A stretch of DNA of 64,000 nt. Origin: Eledone cirrhosa (taxonomy: Eukaryota). Below are positions 1-14,700 of this stretch, in pieces. Position numbers and translations under genes: made by a program. The notes beneath the pieces were generated by a model. That model was not told the origin of the DNA. It ran no database searches and worked only from the letters and a program-made list of their open reading frames with translations. The stretch's first letter is position 1. Each line of letters starts with the position of its first letter. The stretch is taken from NCBI GenBank assembly GCA_964016885.1, contig OZ024749.1:10168001-10232000 (forward strand), in the 5' to 3' direction.

Positions 1-3000
1 ACTTTAGACCCAGTCCTCATCTCCTTCTTGGGGCTTGAGTCAGACTTTAGACCCAGTCCTCACTCTCCTTCTTGGGGCTTGAGTCAGACTTTAGACCCAG
101 TCCTCACTCTCCTCCTTGGGGCTTGGGTTAGACATTAGACCCAGTCCTCACTCTCCTTCTTGGGGCTTCAGTTAGACTTTAGACCCAGTCCTCACTCTCC
201 TCCTTGGGGCTTGAGTCAGAATTTAGACCCAGTCCTCACTCTCCTTGGGGTTTTATTTAGACTTTAGACCTAGTCCTCACTCTCCTTCTTGGGACTTGAG
301 TCAGACTTTAGACCCAATCCTCACTCTCTTCTTTGGGGCTTGGGTCAGACTTTAGACTCAGTCCTCACTCTCCTCCTTGGGACTTGAGTCAGAATTTAGA
401 CCCAATCCTCACTCTCCTTCTTGGGGCTTGAGTCAGACTTTAGACCCAGTCCTCACTCTCCTTGGGGCTTGAGTCAGACTTTAGTCTTTAGACTCAGTCC
501 TCACTCTCCTTCTTGGGGCTTGAGTCAGACTTTAGACCCAGTCCTCACTCTCCACCTTGAGACTTGTGTCAGACTTTAGACCCAGTCCTCACTCTCCTCC
601 TTGGGGCTTGAGTCAGACTTTAGACACAGTCCTCACTATCCTCCTTGTGTCTTGAGTTAGACTTTAGACCCAGTCCTCACTCTCCTTCTTGGGGCTTGAG
701 TCAGACTTTAGACTTTAGACCCAGTCCTCACTCTCCTCCTTGGGGCTTGAGTCAGACTTTAGACTTTAGACCCAGTCCTCACTCCCCTCCTTGGGGCTTG
801 AGTCAGACTTTAGACTTTAGATCCAGTCCTCACTTTCCGTGCGGCTATAGTTAGACTTTAGATCCAGTCTTCACTCTCCTCCTTGGGGCTTGAGTCAGAC
901 TTTAGACCCACTCCTCACTCTCCTCCTTGTAACTTGAGTTAGAGTTTAGACCCAGTCCTCACTCTCCTCCTTGGGGCTTGAGTCAGACTTTAGACCCAGT
1001 CCTCACTCTCATTCTTGGGGCTTGAGTCAGACTTTATACCCACTCCTCACTCTCCTTCTTGGGGCTTGAGTCAGACTTTAGACTTTAGACCCAGTCCTCA
1101 CTCTCCTTGGGGCTAGAGTCAGACTTTAGACTTTAGATCCAGTCCTCACTTTCCTTGGGGCTATAGTTAGACTTTAGATCCAGTCTTCACTCTCCTCCTT
1201 GGGGCTTGAGTCAGACTTTAGACTTTAGACCCAGTCCTCACTCTCCTCCTTGGGACTTGAGTCAGACTTTAGACCCAATCCTCACTCTCTTCCTTGGGGC
1301 TTGGGTCAGACTTTAGACTCAGTCCTCACTCTCCTCCTTGGGACTTGAGTCAGAATTTAGACCCAATCCTCACTCTCCTTCTTGGGGCTTGAGTAAGACT
1401 TTAGACCCAGTCCTCACTCTCCTTGGGGCTTGAGTCGGACTTTAGTCTTTAGACTCAGTCCTCACTCTCCTTCTTGGGGCTTGAGTCAGACTTTAGACCC
1501 AGTCCTCACTCTCCAGCTTGAGACTTGAGTCAGACTTTAGACCCAGTCCTCACTCTCCTCCTTGGGGCTTGAGTCAGACTTTAGACCCAGTCCTCACTCT
1601 TCTCCTTGGGTCTTGAGTTAGACTTTAGACCCAGTCCTCACTCTCCTTGGGGCTTGAGTCAGACTTTAGACTTTAGACCCAGTCCTCACTCTCCTTGGGG
1701 CTTGAGTCAGACTTTAGACTTTAGATCCAGTCCTCACTTTCTTTGGGGCTATAGTTAGACTTTAGATCCAGTCTTCACTCTCCTCCTTGGGGCTTGAGTC
1801 AGACTTTAGACCCACTCCTCACTCTCTTCCTTGGAACTTGAGTTAGAGTTTAGACCCAGTCCTCACTCTCCTCCTTGGGGCTTGGGTCAGACTTTAGACT
1901 TTAGACCCAGTCCTCACTCTCCTCCTTGGGGCTTGAGTCAGACTTTAGACCCACTCCTCACTCTCCTCCTTGGGCTTAAGTCAGACTTTAGACCCAGTCC
2001 TCACTCTCCTCTTTGTGGCTTGAGTCAGAAATTAGACACAGTCCTCACTCTCCTCTTTGGGGATTGAGTTAGACTTTAGACACAGTCCTCACTCTCCTCC
2101 TTGGGTATTGAGTCAGACTTTAGACCCGGTCTTCACTCTCCTTGGGGCTTGAGTCAGACTTTAGATTTTAGACACAGTCCTCACTCTCCTTTTTGGGGTT
2201 TGAGTTAGACTTCAGACTCAGTCCTCACTCTCCTTCTTGGGGCTTGAATCAGACTTTAGACCCAGTCCTCACTCTCCTTCTTGGGGCTTCAGTCATACTT
2301 TAGACCCAGTCCTCACTCTCCTCCTTGGGGCTTGAGTCAGACTTTAGACCCAGTCCTCACTCTCCTTCTTGTGGCTTGAGTCAGACTTTAGACCCAGTCC
2401 TCACTCTCCTTCTTGGGGCTAGAGTCAGACTTTAGACCCAGTCCTCACTCTCCTCCTTGGTGCTTGGGTTAGACATTAGACCCAGTCCTCACACTCCTTC
2501 TTGGGGCTTGAGTCAGACTTTAGACCCAGTCCTCACTCTCCTCCTTGGGGCTTGAATCAAATTTTAGATCCAGTCCTCACTCTCCTTCTTGGGGCTTGAT
2601 TGAATCAGATTTTAGACCCAGTCTTCACTCTCCTCCTTGGGGCTTGAGTCAGACTTTAGACCCAGTCATCACTCTCCTTCTTGGAACTTGAGTCAGACTT
2701 TAGACCCAATCCTGACGCTCCTCCTTGGGGCTTGAGTTAGACTTTAGACCCAGTCCTCACTCTCCTCCTTGGGGCTTGGGTCAGACTTTAAACTTTAGAC
2801 CCAGTCCTCACTCTCCTTCTTGGGGCTTCAGTCATACTTTAGACCCAGTCCTCACTCTCCTGCTTGGTACTTGAGTCATACTTTAGACCCAATCCTCACG
2901 CTCCTCCTTGGGGCTTGAGTTAGACTTTAGACCCAGTCCTCACTCTCCTCCTTGGGGCTTGAGTTAGACTTTATATCCAGTCCTCACTCTCCTCCTTGGA

Positions 3001-3753
3001 GCTTGAGTTAGACTTTAGACCCAGTCCTCACTCTCCTCCTTGGGGCTTGAGTTAGACTTTTGACCCAGTCCTCACTCGCCTCCTTGGGGCTTGAGTCAGA
3101 CTTTAGACCCAGTCCTCACTCTCCTTGAGGCTTGAGTCAGACTTTAGACTTTAGACCCAGTCCTCACTCTCCTCCTTGGGGCTTGAGTTAGATTTAGACT
3201 CAGTCCTCACTCTCCTTCTTGGGGCTTGAGTCAGACTTTAGACCCAGTCCTCACTCTCCTCCTTGGGGCTCTAATCAGATTTTAGACCCAGTCCTCACTC
3301 TCCTTCTTGGGGCTTGAGTCAGACTTTAGACCCAGTCCTCACTCTCCTCCTTGGGGCTTGGGTTAGACATTAGACCCAGTCCTCACTCTCCTTCTTGGGG
3401 CTTCAGTTAGACTTTAGACCCAGTCCTCACTCTCCTCCTTGGGGCTTAAGTCAGACTTTAGACCCAGTCCTCACTCTCCTCCTTGGGGCTTGAGTCAGAA
3501 TTTAGACCCAGTCCTCACTCTCCTTGGGGTTTGAGTTAGACTTTAGACTCAGTCCTCACTCTCCTTCTTGGGGCTTGAGTCAGACTTTAGAATTCAGACC
3601 CAGTCCTCACTCTCCTCATTGGGACTTGAGCCAGACTTTAGACCCAATCCTCACTCTCCTCCTTGGGGCTTGAGTTAGACTTTAGACCCAGTCCTCACTC
3701 TCCTCCTTGGGGCTTGAGTCGGGCTTTAGACCCAGTCCTCACTCTCCTCCTTG

Positions 3754-5167
3754 CATCAGGTTTGAAATTTCCGAGCTTTAACAATCAACAGCAATACAAT
3801 GAAATGTAGGTCGGGAGAAATTGAAGAGATGCTTGAATGGAGAGACATGATTATATCCTGTGTACAAGAGGTCAGATGGAGAGGCTCCTCACAGGTAAGG
3901 AAGATATGTACAAATTCTTCTGCGTTGGTAGAAATAATAGTGTAGTTGCACTATTAGCAGAGAAATGGATAGATAAGGTAATCGGGGTAGTGAAAGTATG
4001 TAGTTAGATGATGAAGCTTAGCCTCGTCATTGTTAATACAATTACTATGATTCTTTTGTATATACACCATAAGCTGGGCCTCCTCTATGAAGTTCTCTTG
4101 CATGCTACCTCAAATACAATTGACACTGGGATCATATTGGCTGATGGCTTTAATGGACATTCCACAACACCAAGATGGATTCCAAGGTATGCATGGAGGC
4201 TATAGATTTGGGCTGAAAAAGAGGGATCAAGATTTCTAGAGTTTTGTGATGGAAATGACTTGACAATCTGTAACAGAAACTTCAGGAAACCAGCCAGCCA
4301 TTTGATCACCTACTGATCAAGTGCACACGTATGCTAGATTGACTTTATACTAAGTTGATAATAAGATAGGCAGATAGCCATAAATAGTAAAACTTTCCCT
4401 GGAGAAAGAAGCAACACTGCATGAGTGATTAGTAACTTAAGAGTGTGATCTAGACACACAGAAACCTTGTATTGACTGGAGAAGAAAGATGTGCAACCCT
4501 AACCCTTTAGCATTTAAATTACTATTTTCATGGTAAAAGCTTTACCTCACATAATTATCTATATAATACTAAGTCTGTGATTGCTTGCTTGCTTGTCTGT
4601 AATGTAATACAGCCAAAAGGGTGCACAATGGGAAAATACTTTGAAAGGAAGTTGCTCCTAAAATAAAACAAGTTTTGTGTAAATCAGACCACGCGTTGTC
4701 GAGATATGTGCTTTTTCCGGTTACCTTCATAAACGAGATAGTGGTTGTGACAAAGTAGATTAAAAGAGAGACATAGGGATAGGAGACAGAGAAGGAGAAT
4801 GGAAGAGAGCTGGTGATGTGTGAGTGTGTGTGTGTCTATGACCAGTGTATATAGATCACAGACACCCACATATGCATATACACACACACATTTATATATA
4901 TACATACACACACGTATATATATATATATATATGGGCCTTCCAGTTTCATTTCACATTATATACATGTCTGTATATTTTAATTATTTAAAAATATTTTGA
5001 AGTGAACGTGACCCACATAAAATTGAATCTATAAGATTTTGATGATGTTAATATTTATTTTGAGAACAATATCCTAACATCGGTATGCGTGGCCGGTTAT
5101 GGCTGGTTTGACCAGAAAGAGGTAAAATAATTCTGGCCATATATAGTTTAAATGCTGAAGAGTTAAA
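3754..5167 (+). repeat. 1.4-kb non-satellite block, copy 1 (decayed RTE-type LINE endonuclease region plus TTAA MITE)
   Basis: Near-identical to 7380-8787 and 18036-~19440. Broken translation gives CVQEVRWRG, GFNGH and FLEFCDGNDLTICNRNFRKPASHLITY, typical of APE endonucleases. Confidence 0.85.
4503..5162. mobile_element. piggyBac-like TTAA MITE within the 1.4-kb block (also in copies 2 and 3)
   Basis: Ends are (C)TAA-CCCTTTAGCATTTAAA ... TTTAAATGCTGAAGAG-TTAA, an imperfect TIR. The right half resembles the MITE at 19831-20384. Confidence 0.65.
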
Positions 5168-7379
5168 GACCCAATCCTCACTCTCCTCCTTGGGGCTTGG
5201 GTTAGACATTAGACCCAGTCCTCACTCTCCTCCTTGGGGCTTTAGTCAGACTTTAGACTTTAGACCTAGTCCTCACTCTCCTCCTTGGGGCTTGGGTCAG
5301 ATTTTAGACTTTAGACCCAGTCCTCACTCTCCTCCTTGGGACTTGAGTCAGACTTTAGACCCAGTCATCACTCTCCTCCTTGAGACTTGAGTCAGACTTT
5401 AGACCCAGTCCTCACTCTCCTCCTTGGGACTTGAGTCAGACTTTAGACCCAGTCCTCACTCTCCTCCTTGAGACTTGAGTCAGACTTTAGACCCAGTCCT
5501 CACTCTCCTCCTTGGGGCTTGAGTCAGACTTTAGACCCAGTCCTCACTCTCCTCCTTGGGCCTTGAGTTAGACTTTAGACCCAGTCCTCACTCGCCTTCT
5601 TGGGGCTTGAGTCAGACTTTAGAGTTTAGACCCAGTCCTCACTCTCCTTGGGGCTTGAGTCAGACTTTAGACTTTAGATCCAGTCTTCACTCTCTGCCTT
5701 GGGGCTTGAGTCAGACTTTAGACTTTAGACCCAGTCCTCACTCTCCTCCTTGGGACTTGAGCCAGAATTTAGACCCAATCCTCACTCTCCTTCTTGGGGC
5801 TTGAGTCAGACTTTAGATCCAGTCCTCACTCTCCTCCTTGGGGCTTGAGTTAGACTTTAGACCCAATCCTCACTCTCCTTCTTGGGGCTTGAGTCAGCCT
5901 TTAGACCCAGTCCTCACTCTCCTTGGGGCTTGAGTCAGACTTTAGTCTTTAGACTGAGTCCTCACTCTCCTTCTTGGGGCTTAAGTCAGACTTTAGACTT
6001 TAGACCCAGTCCTCACTCTCCACCTTGAGACTTGAGTCAGACTTTAGACCCAGTCCTCACTCTCCTCCTTGGGGCTTGAGTCAGACTTTAGACCCAGTCC
6101 TCACTCTCCTCCTTGGGCCTTGAGTTATACTTTAGACCCAGTCCTCACTCTCCTTGGGGCTTGAGTCAGACTTTAGACTTTAGACCCAGTCCTCACTCTC
6201 CTCCTTGGGGCTTGAGTCAGACTTTAGACCCACTCCTCACTCTCCTCCTTGGAACTTGAGTTAGACTTTAGACCCAGTCCTCACTCTCCTCCTTGGGGCT
6301 TGGGTCAGACTTTAGACTTTAGACCCAGTCCTCACTCTCCTCCTTGGGGCTTGAGTCAGACTTTAGACTTTAGACCCAGTCCTCACTGTCCTGCTTGGTA
6401 CTTGAGTCATACTTTAGACCCAATCCTCACGCTCCTCCTTGGGGCTTGAGTTAGACTTTAGACCCAGTCCTCACTCTCCTCCTTGGGGCTTGAGTCAGAC
6501 TTTAGACCCAGTCCTCACTCTCCTTGAGGCTTGAGTCAGACTTTAGACCCAGTCCTCACCCTCCTCCTTGGGGCTTGAGTTAGATTTAGACTCAGTCCTC
6601 ACTCTCCTTCTTGGGGCTTGAGTCAGACTTTAGACCCAGTCCTCACTCTCCTCCTTGGGGCTCTAATCAGATTTTAGACCCAGTCCTCACTCTCCTTCTT
6701 GGGGCTTGAGTCAGACTTTAGACCCAGTCCTCACTCTCCTTGGGGTTTGAGTTAGACTTTAGACTCAGTCCTCACTCTCCTTCTTGGGGCTTGAGTCAGA
6801 CTTTAGAATTCAGACCCAGTCCTCACTCTCCTCCTTGGGGCTCGAGCTAGACTTTAGACCCAGTCCTCACTCTCCTCCTTGGGACTTGAGTCAGACTTTA
6901 GACCCAGTCCCCACTCTCCTCCTTGGGGCTTGAGTTAGACTTTAGACCCAGTCCTCACTCTCGTCCTTGGGCCTTGAGTTAGACATTAGACTTTAGACCC
7001 AGTCCTCACTCTCCTTCTTGGGGCTTGAGTCAGGCTTTAGACCCAGTCCTCACTCTCCTTTTTGGGGCTTGAGTCAGACTTTAGACTTTAGACCCAGTCC
7101 TCACTCTCCTTCTTGGGGCTTGAGTCAGACTTTAGACCCAGTCCTCACTCTCCTCCTTGGGGATTGAGTTAGACTTTAGACCCAGTCCTCACTCTCCTCC
7201 TTGGGGTTTGAGTTAGACTTTAGACCCAGTCCTCACTCTCCTCCTTGGGACTTGAGCCAGACTTTAGACCCAATCCTCACTCTCCTCCTTGGGGCTTGAG
7301 TTAGACTTTAGACCCAGTCCTCACTCTCCTCCTTGGGGCTTGAGTCAGGCTTTAGACCCAGTCCTCACTCTCCTCCTTG

Positions 7380-8787
7380 CATCAGGTTTGAAATTTCCGA
7401 GCTTTAACAATCAACAGCAATACAATGAAATGTAGGTCGGGAGAAATTGAAGAGATGCTTGAATGGAGAGACATGATTATATCCTGTGTACAAGAGGTCA
7501 GATGGAGAGGCTCCTCACAGGTAAGGAAGATATGTACAAATTCTTCTGCGTTGGTAGAAATAATAGTGTAGTTGCACTATTAGCAGAGAAATGGATAGAT
7601 AAGGTAATCGGGGTAGTGAAAGTATGTAGTTAGATGATGAAGCTTAGCCTCGTCATTGTTAATACAATTACTATGATTCTTTTGTATATACACCATAAGC
7701 TGGGCCTCCTCTATGAAGTTCTCTTGCATTCTACCTCAAATACAATTGACACTGGGATCATATTGGCTGATGGCTTTAATGGACATTCCACAACACCAAG
7801 ATGGATTCCAAGGTGTGCATGGAGGCTATAGATTTGGGCTGAAAAAGAGGGATCAAGTTTTCTAGAGTTTTGTGATGGAAATGACTTGACAATCTGTAAC
7901 AGAAACTTCAGGAAACCAGCCAGCCATTTGATCACCTACTGATCAAGTGCACACGTATGCTAGATTGACTTTATACTAAGTTGATAATAAGATAGGCAGA
8001 TAGCCATAAATAGTAAAACTTTCCCTGGAGAAAGAAGCAACACTGCATGAGTGATTAGTAACTTAAGAGTGTGATCTAGACACACAGAAACCTTGTATTG
8101 ACTGGAGAAGAAAGATGTGCAACCCTAACCCTTTAGCATTTACATTACTATTTTCATGGTAAAAGCTTTACCTCACATAATTATCTATATAATACTAAGT
8201 CTGTGATTGCTTGCTTGCTTGTCTGTAATGTAATACAGCCAAAAGGGTGCACAATGGGAAAATACTTTGAAAGGAAGTTGCTCCTGAAATAAAACAAGTT
8301 TTGTGTAAATCAGACCACGTGTTGTCGAGATATGTGCTTTTTCCGGTTACCTTCATAAACGAGATAGTGGTTGTGACAAAGTAGATTAAAAGAGAGACAT
8401 AGGGAGAGGAGACAGAGAAGGAGAATGGAAGAGAGCTGGTGATGTGTGAGTGTGTGTGTGTCTATGACCAGTGTATATAGATCACAGACACCCACATATG
8501 CATATACACACACACATTTATATATATACATACACACACGTATATATATATATGGGCCTTCCAGTTTCATTTCACATTATATACATGTCTGTATATTTTA
8601 ATTATTTAAAAATATTTTGAAGTGAACGTGACCCACATAAAATTGAATCTATAAGATTTTGATGATGTTAATATTTATTTTGAGAACAATATCCTAACAT
8701 CGGTATGCGTGGCCGGTTATGGCTGGTTTGACCAGAAAGAGGTAAAATAATTCTGGCCATATATAGTTTAAATGCTGAAGAGTTAAA
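7380..8787 (+). repeat. 1.4-kb non-satellite block, copy 2
   Basis: Near-identical to 3754-5167 (offset 3626), with the same satellite junctions. Confidence 0.9.
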
Positions 8788-11700
8788 GACCCAATCCTCA
8801 CTCTCCTCCTTGGGGCTTGGGTTAGACATTAGACCCAGTCCTCACTCTCCTCCTTGGGGCTTTAGTCAGACTTTAGACTTTAGACCTTGTCCTCACTCTC
8901 CTCCTTGGGGCTTGGGTCAGATTTTAGACTTTAGACCCAGTCCTCACTCTCCTCCTTGGGACTTGAGTCAGACTTTAGACCCAGTCATCACTCTCCTCCT
9001 TGAGACTTGAGTCAGACTTTAGACCCAGTCCTCACTCTCCTCCTTGGGACTTGAGTCAGACTTTAGACCCAGTCCTCACTCTCCTCCTTGAGACTTGAGT
9101 CAGACTTTAGACCCAGTCCTCACTCTCCTCCTTGGGGCTTGAGTCAGACTTTAGACCCAGTCCTCACTCTCCTCCTTGGGGCTTGAGTCAGACTTTAGAC
9201 CCAGTCCTCACTCTCCTCCTTGGGCCTTGAGTTAGACTTTAGACCCAGTCCTCACTCGCCTTCTTGGGGCTTGAGTCAGACTTTAGAGTTTAGACCCAGT
9301 CCTCACTCTCCTTGGGGCTTGAGTCAGACTTTAGACTTTAGATCCAGTCTTCACTCTCTGCCTTGGGGCTTGAGTCAGACTTTAGACTTTAGACCCAGTC
9401 CTCACTCTCCTCCTTGGGGCTTGAGTTAGACTTTAGATCCAGTCTCCACTCTCCTCCTTCGGGCTTGAGTCAGACTTTAGACTTTAGACCCAGTCCTCAC
9501 TCTCCTCCTTGGGACTTGAGTCAGACTTTAGACCCAATCCTCACTCTCCTCCTTGGGGCTTGAGTTAGACTTTAGACCCAGTCCTCAATCTCCTCCTTGG
9601 GGCTTGAGTCAGACTTTAGACCCAGTCCTCACTCTCCTTGGGGCTTGAGTCAGACTTTAGACTTTAGACTCAGTCCTCACTCTCCTTCTTGGGGTTTGAG
9701 TCAGACTTTAGACTTTAGACCCAGTCCTCACTCTCCTCCTTGGGGCTTGGGTCAGATTTTAGACTTTAGACTCAGGCCTCACTCTCCTCCTTGGGGCTTG
9801 AGTTACACTTTAGACCCAGTCCTCACTCTCCTCCTTGGGGCTTGAGTCAGACTTTAGACCCAGTCCTCACTCTCCTCCTTGGGGCTTGAGTTAGACTTTA
9901 GATCCAGTCTTCACTCTCCTCCTTGGGGCTTGAGTCAGACTTTAGACTTTAGACCCAGTCCTCACTCTCCTCCTTGGGACTTGAGTCAGACTTTAGACCC
10001 AATCCTCACTCTCCTTCTTGGGGCTTGAATCAGACTTTAGACCCAGTCCTCACTCTCCTCCTTGGGGCTTGAGTTAGACTTTAGACCCAGTCCTCACTCT
10101 CCTCATTGGGGCTTGAGCTAGACTTTAGACCCAGTCCTCACTCTCCTCCTTGGGGCTTGAGTTAGACTTTAGACCCAGTCCTCACTCTCCTCCTTGGGGC
10201 TTGAGTCAGACTTTAGACCCAGTCCTCACTCTCCTCCTTGGGGCTTGAGTTAAACTTTAGACTTTAGACCCAGTCCTCATCTCCTTCTTGGGGCTTGAGT
10301 CAGACTTTAGACCCAGTCCTCACTCTCCTTCTTGGGGCTTGAGTCAGACTTTAGACCCAGTCCCCACTCTCCTTCTTGGGGCTAGAGTCAGGCTTTAGAC
10401 CCAGCCCTCACTCTCCTCCTTGGAGCTTGAGTTAGACTTTAGACCCAGTCCTCACTCTTCTCCTTGGGGCTTGAGTTAGACATTTGACCCAGTGCTCACT
10501 CTCCTCCTTGGGGCTTGAGTCAGACTTTAGACCCAGTCCTCACTCTCCTCCTTGGGGCTTGAGTCAGACTTTAGACCCAGTCCTCACTCTCCTCTTTGGG
10601 GCTTGAGTCAGAATTTAGACCCAGTCCTCACTCTCCTCCTTGGGGATTGAGTTAGACTTCAGACCCGGTCCTCACTCACCTCCTTGGGGCTTGAGTCAGA
10701 CTTTAGACCCAGTCCTCACTTTCCTTGGGGCTTGAGTCAGACTTTAGACCCAGTCCTCACTCTCCTCCTTGGGGCTTGAGTTAGATTTAGAATGAGTCCT
10801 CACTCTCCTCCTTGGGGCTTGAGTTAGACTTTAGACCCAGTCCTCACCCTCCTCCTTGGGGCTTGGGTCAGACTTTCAACTTTAGACCCAGTCCTCACTC
10901 TCCTGCTTGGGACTTGAGCCAGACTTTAGACCCAGTCCTGATTCTTCTCTTTGGGGCTTGGGTTAGACATTAGACCCAGTTCTCACTCTCCTTCTTGGAG
11001 CTTGAGTCAGACCTTAGACCCAGTCCTCACTCTCCTCCTTGGGGCTTGAGTCAGATTTTAGACCCAGTCCTCACTCTCCTTCTTAGGGCTTGAGTCAGAC
11101 TTTAGACCCAGTCCTCACTCTCCTCCTTGGGGCTTGAGTTAGACTTTAGAGCCAGTCCTCACTCTCCTCCTTGGGACTTGAGTCAGACTTTAGACCCAGT
11201 CCTCACTATCCTTGGGGCTTGAGTTAGACTTTAGACTCAGTCCTCACTCTCCTCCTTGGGGCTTGAGCTAGACTTTAGACCCAGTCCTCACTCTCCTCCT
11301 TGGGACTTGAGTCAGACTTTAGACCCAGTCCTCACTCTCCTCCTTGGGGCTTGAGTTAGACTTTAGACTTTAGACCCAGTCCTCACTCGCCTTCTCGGGG
11401 CTTGAGTCAGACTTTAGACCCAGTGCTCACTCTCCTTTTTGGGGCTTGAGTCAGACTTTAGACTTTAGACCCAGTCCTCACTCTCCTTCTTGGGGCTTGA
11501 GTCAGACTTTAGACCCAGTCCTCACTCTCCTCCTTGGGGCTTGAGTCAGACTTTAGACTTTAGACCCAGTCATCACTCTCCTTGGGGCTAGAGTCAGACT
11601 TTAGACTTTAGATCCAGTCCTCACTCTCCTTGGGGCTATAGTTAGACTTTAGATCCAGTCTTCACTCTCCTCCTTGGGGCTTGAGTCAGACTTTAGACTT

Positions 11701-14700
11701 TAGACCCAGTCCTCACTCTCCTCCTTGGGACTTGAGTCAGACTTTAGACCCAATCCTCACTCTCCTTCTTGGGGCTTGAATCAGACTTTAGACCCAGTCC
11801 TCACTCTCCTCCTTGGGGCTTGAGTTAGACTTTAGACCCAGTCCTCACTCTCCTCATTGGGGCTTGAGCTAGACTTTAGACCCAGTCCTCACTCTCCTCC
11901 TTGGGGCTTGAGTTAGACTTTAGACCCAGTCCTCACTCTCCTCCTTGGGGCTTGAGTCAGACTTTAGACCCAGTCCTCACTCTCCTCCTTGGGGCTTGAG
12001 TTAAACTTTAGACTTTAGACCCAGTCCTCATCTCCTTCTTGGGGCTTGAGTCAGACTTTAGACCCAGTCCTCACTCTCCTTCTTGGGGCTTGAGTCAGAC
12101 TTTAGACCCAGTCCCCACTCTCCTTCTTGGGGCTAGAGTCAGACTTTAGACCCAGCCCTCACTCTCCTCCTTGGAGCTTGAGTTAGACTTTAGACCCAGT
12201 CCTCACTCTTCTCCTTGGGGCTTGAGTTAGACATTTGACCCAGTGCTCACTCTCCTCCTTGGGGCTTGAGTCAGACTTTAGACCCAGTCCTCACTCTCCT
12301 CCTTGGGGCTTGAGTCAGACTTTAGACCCAGTCCTCACTCTCCTCTTTGGGGCTTGAGTCAGAATTTAGACCCAGTCCTCACTCTCCTCCTTGGGGATTG
12401 AGTTAGACTTCAGACCCGGTCCTCACTCACCTCCTTGGGGCTTGAGTCAGACTTTAGACCCAGTCCTCACTTTCCTTGGGGCTTGAGTCAGACTTTAGAC
12501 CCAGTCCTCACTCTCCTCCTTGGGGCTTGAGTTAGATTTAGAATGAGTCCTCACTCTCCTCCTTGGGGCTTGAGTTAGACTTTAGACCCAGTCCTCACCC
12601 TCCTCCTTGGGGCTTGGGTCAGACTTTCAACTTTAGACCCAGTCCTCACTCTCCTGCTTGGGACTTGAGCCAGACTTTAGACCCAGTCCTGATTCTTCTC
12701 TTTGGGGCTTGGGTTAGACATTAGACCCAGTTCTCACTCTCCTTCTTGGAGCTTGAGTCAGACTTTAGACCCAGTCCTCACTCTCCTCCTTGGGGCTTGA
12801 GTCAGATTTTAGACCCAGTCCTCACTCTCCTTCTTAGGGCTTGAGTCAGACTTTAGACCCAGTCCTCACTCTCCTCCTTGGGGCTTGAGTTAGACTTTAG
12901 ACCCAGTCCTCACTCTCCTCCTTGGGACTTGAGTCAGACTTTAGACCCAGTCCTCACTATCCTTGGGGCTTGAGTTAGACTTTAGACTCAGTCCTCACTC
13001 TCCTCCTTGGGGCTTGAGCTAGACTTTAGACCCAGTCCTCACTCTCCTCCTTGGGACTTGAGTCAGACTTTAGACCCAGTCCTCACTCTCCTCCTTGGGG
13101 CTTGAGTTAGACTTTAGACTTTAGACCCAGTCCTCACTCGCCTTCTCGGGGCTTGAGTCAGACTTTAGACCCAGTGCTCACTCTCCTTTTTGGGGCTTGA
13201 GTCAGACTTTAGACTTTAGACCCAGTCCTCACTCTCCTTCTTGGGGCTTGAGTCAGACTTTAGACCCAGTCCTCACTCTCCTCCTTGGGGCTTGAGTCAG
13301 ACTTTAGACTTTAGACCCAGTCCTCACTCTCCTTGGGGCTAGAGTCAGACTTTAGACTTTAGATCCAGTCCTCACTCTCCTTGGGGCTATAGTTAGACTT
13401 TAGATCCAGTCTTCACTCTCCTCCTTGGGGCTTGAGTCAGACTTTAGACTTTAGACCCAGTCCTCACTCCCCTCCTTGGGACTTGAGTCAGACTTTAGAC
13501 CCAATCCTCACTCTCTTCCTTGGGGCTTGGGTCAGACTTTAGACTCAGTCCTCACTCTCCTCCTTGGGACTTGAGTCAGAATTTAGACCCAATCCTCACT
13601 CTCCTTCTTGGGGCTTGAGTCAGACTTTAGACCCAGTCCTCACTCTCCTTGGGGCTTGAGCCAGACTTTAGTCTTTAGACTCAGTCCTCACTCTCCTTCT
13701 TGGGGCTTGAGTCAGACTTTAGACCCAGTCCTCACTCTCCACCTTTAGACTTGAGTCAGACTTTAGACCCAGTCCTCACTCTCCTCCTTGGGACTTGAGT
13801 TAGACTTTAGACCCAGTCCTCACTCTCCTTGGGGCTTGAGTCAGACTTTAGACTTTAGACCCAGTCCTCACTCTCCTTCTTGGGGCTTGAGTCAGACTTT
13901 AGACCCAGTCCTCACTCTCCTCCTTGGGGCTTGAGTCAGACTTTAGACTTTAGACCCAGTCCTCACTCTCCTTGGGGCTTGAGTCAAACGTTAGACTTTA
14001 GACTCAGTCCTCACTCTCCTTCTTGGGGCTTGAATCAGACTTTAGACCCAGTCCTCAATCTCCTTCTTGGGGCTTGAGTCATACTTTAGACCCAGTCCTC
14101 ACTCTCCTTCTTGGGGCTTGAGTCAGACTTTAGACCCAGTCCTCACTCTCCTTCTTGGGGCTAGAGTCAGACTTTAGACCCAGTCCTCACTCTCCTCCTT
14201 GGGGCTTGGTTTAGACATTAGACCCAGTCCTCACTCTCCTTCTTGGGGCTTGAGTCAGACTTTAGACCCAGTCCTCACTCTCCTTCTTGAGGATTGAGTC
14301 AGATTTTAGACCCAGTCTTCACTCTCCTCCTTAGGGCTTGAGTCAGACTTTAGACCCAGTCCTCACTCTCCTCCTTGGAACTTGAGTCAGATTTAGACCC
14401 AATCCTGACGCTCCTCCTTGGGGCTTGAGTTAGACTTTAGACCCAGTCATCACTCTCCTCCTTGGGGCTTGGGTCAGACTTTAGACTTTAGACCCAGTCC
14501 TCACTCATCTCCTTGGGGCTTGAGTCAGACTTTAGACTTTAGACCCAGTCCTCACTCTCCTGCTTGGTACTTGAGTCATACTTTAGACCCAATCCTCACG
14601 CTCCTCCTTGGGGCTTGAGTTAGACTTTAGACCCAGTCCTCACTCTCCTCCTTGGGGCTTGAGTTAGACTTTAGATCCAGTCCTCACTCTCCTCCTTGGT

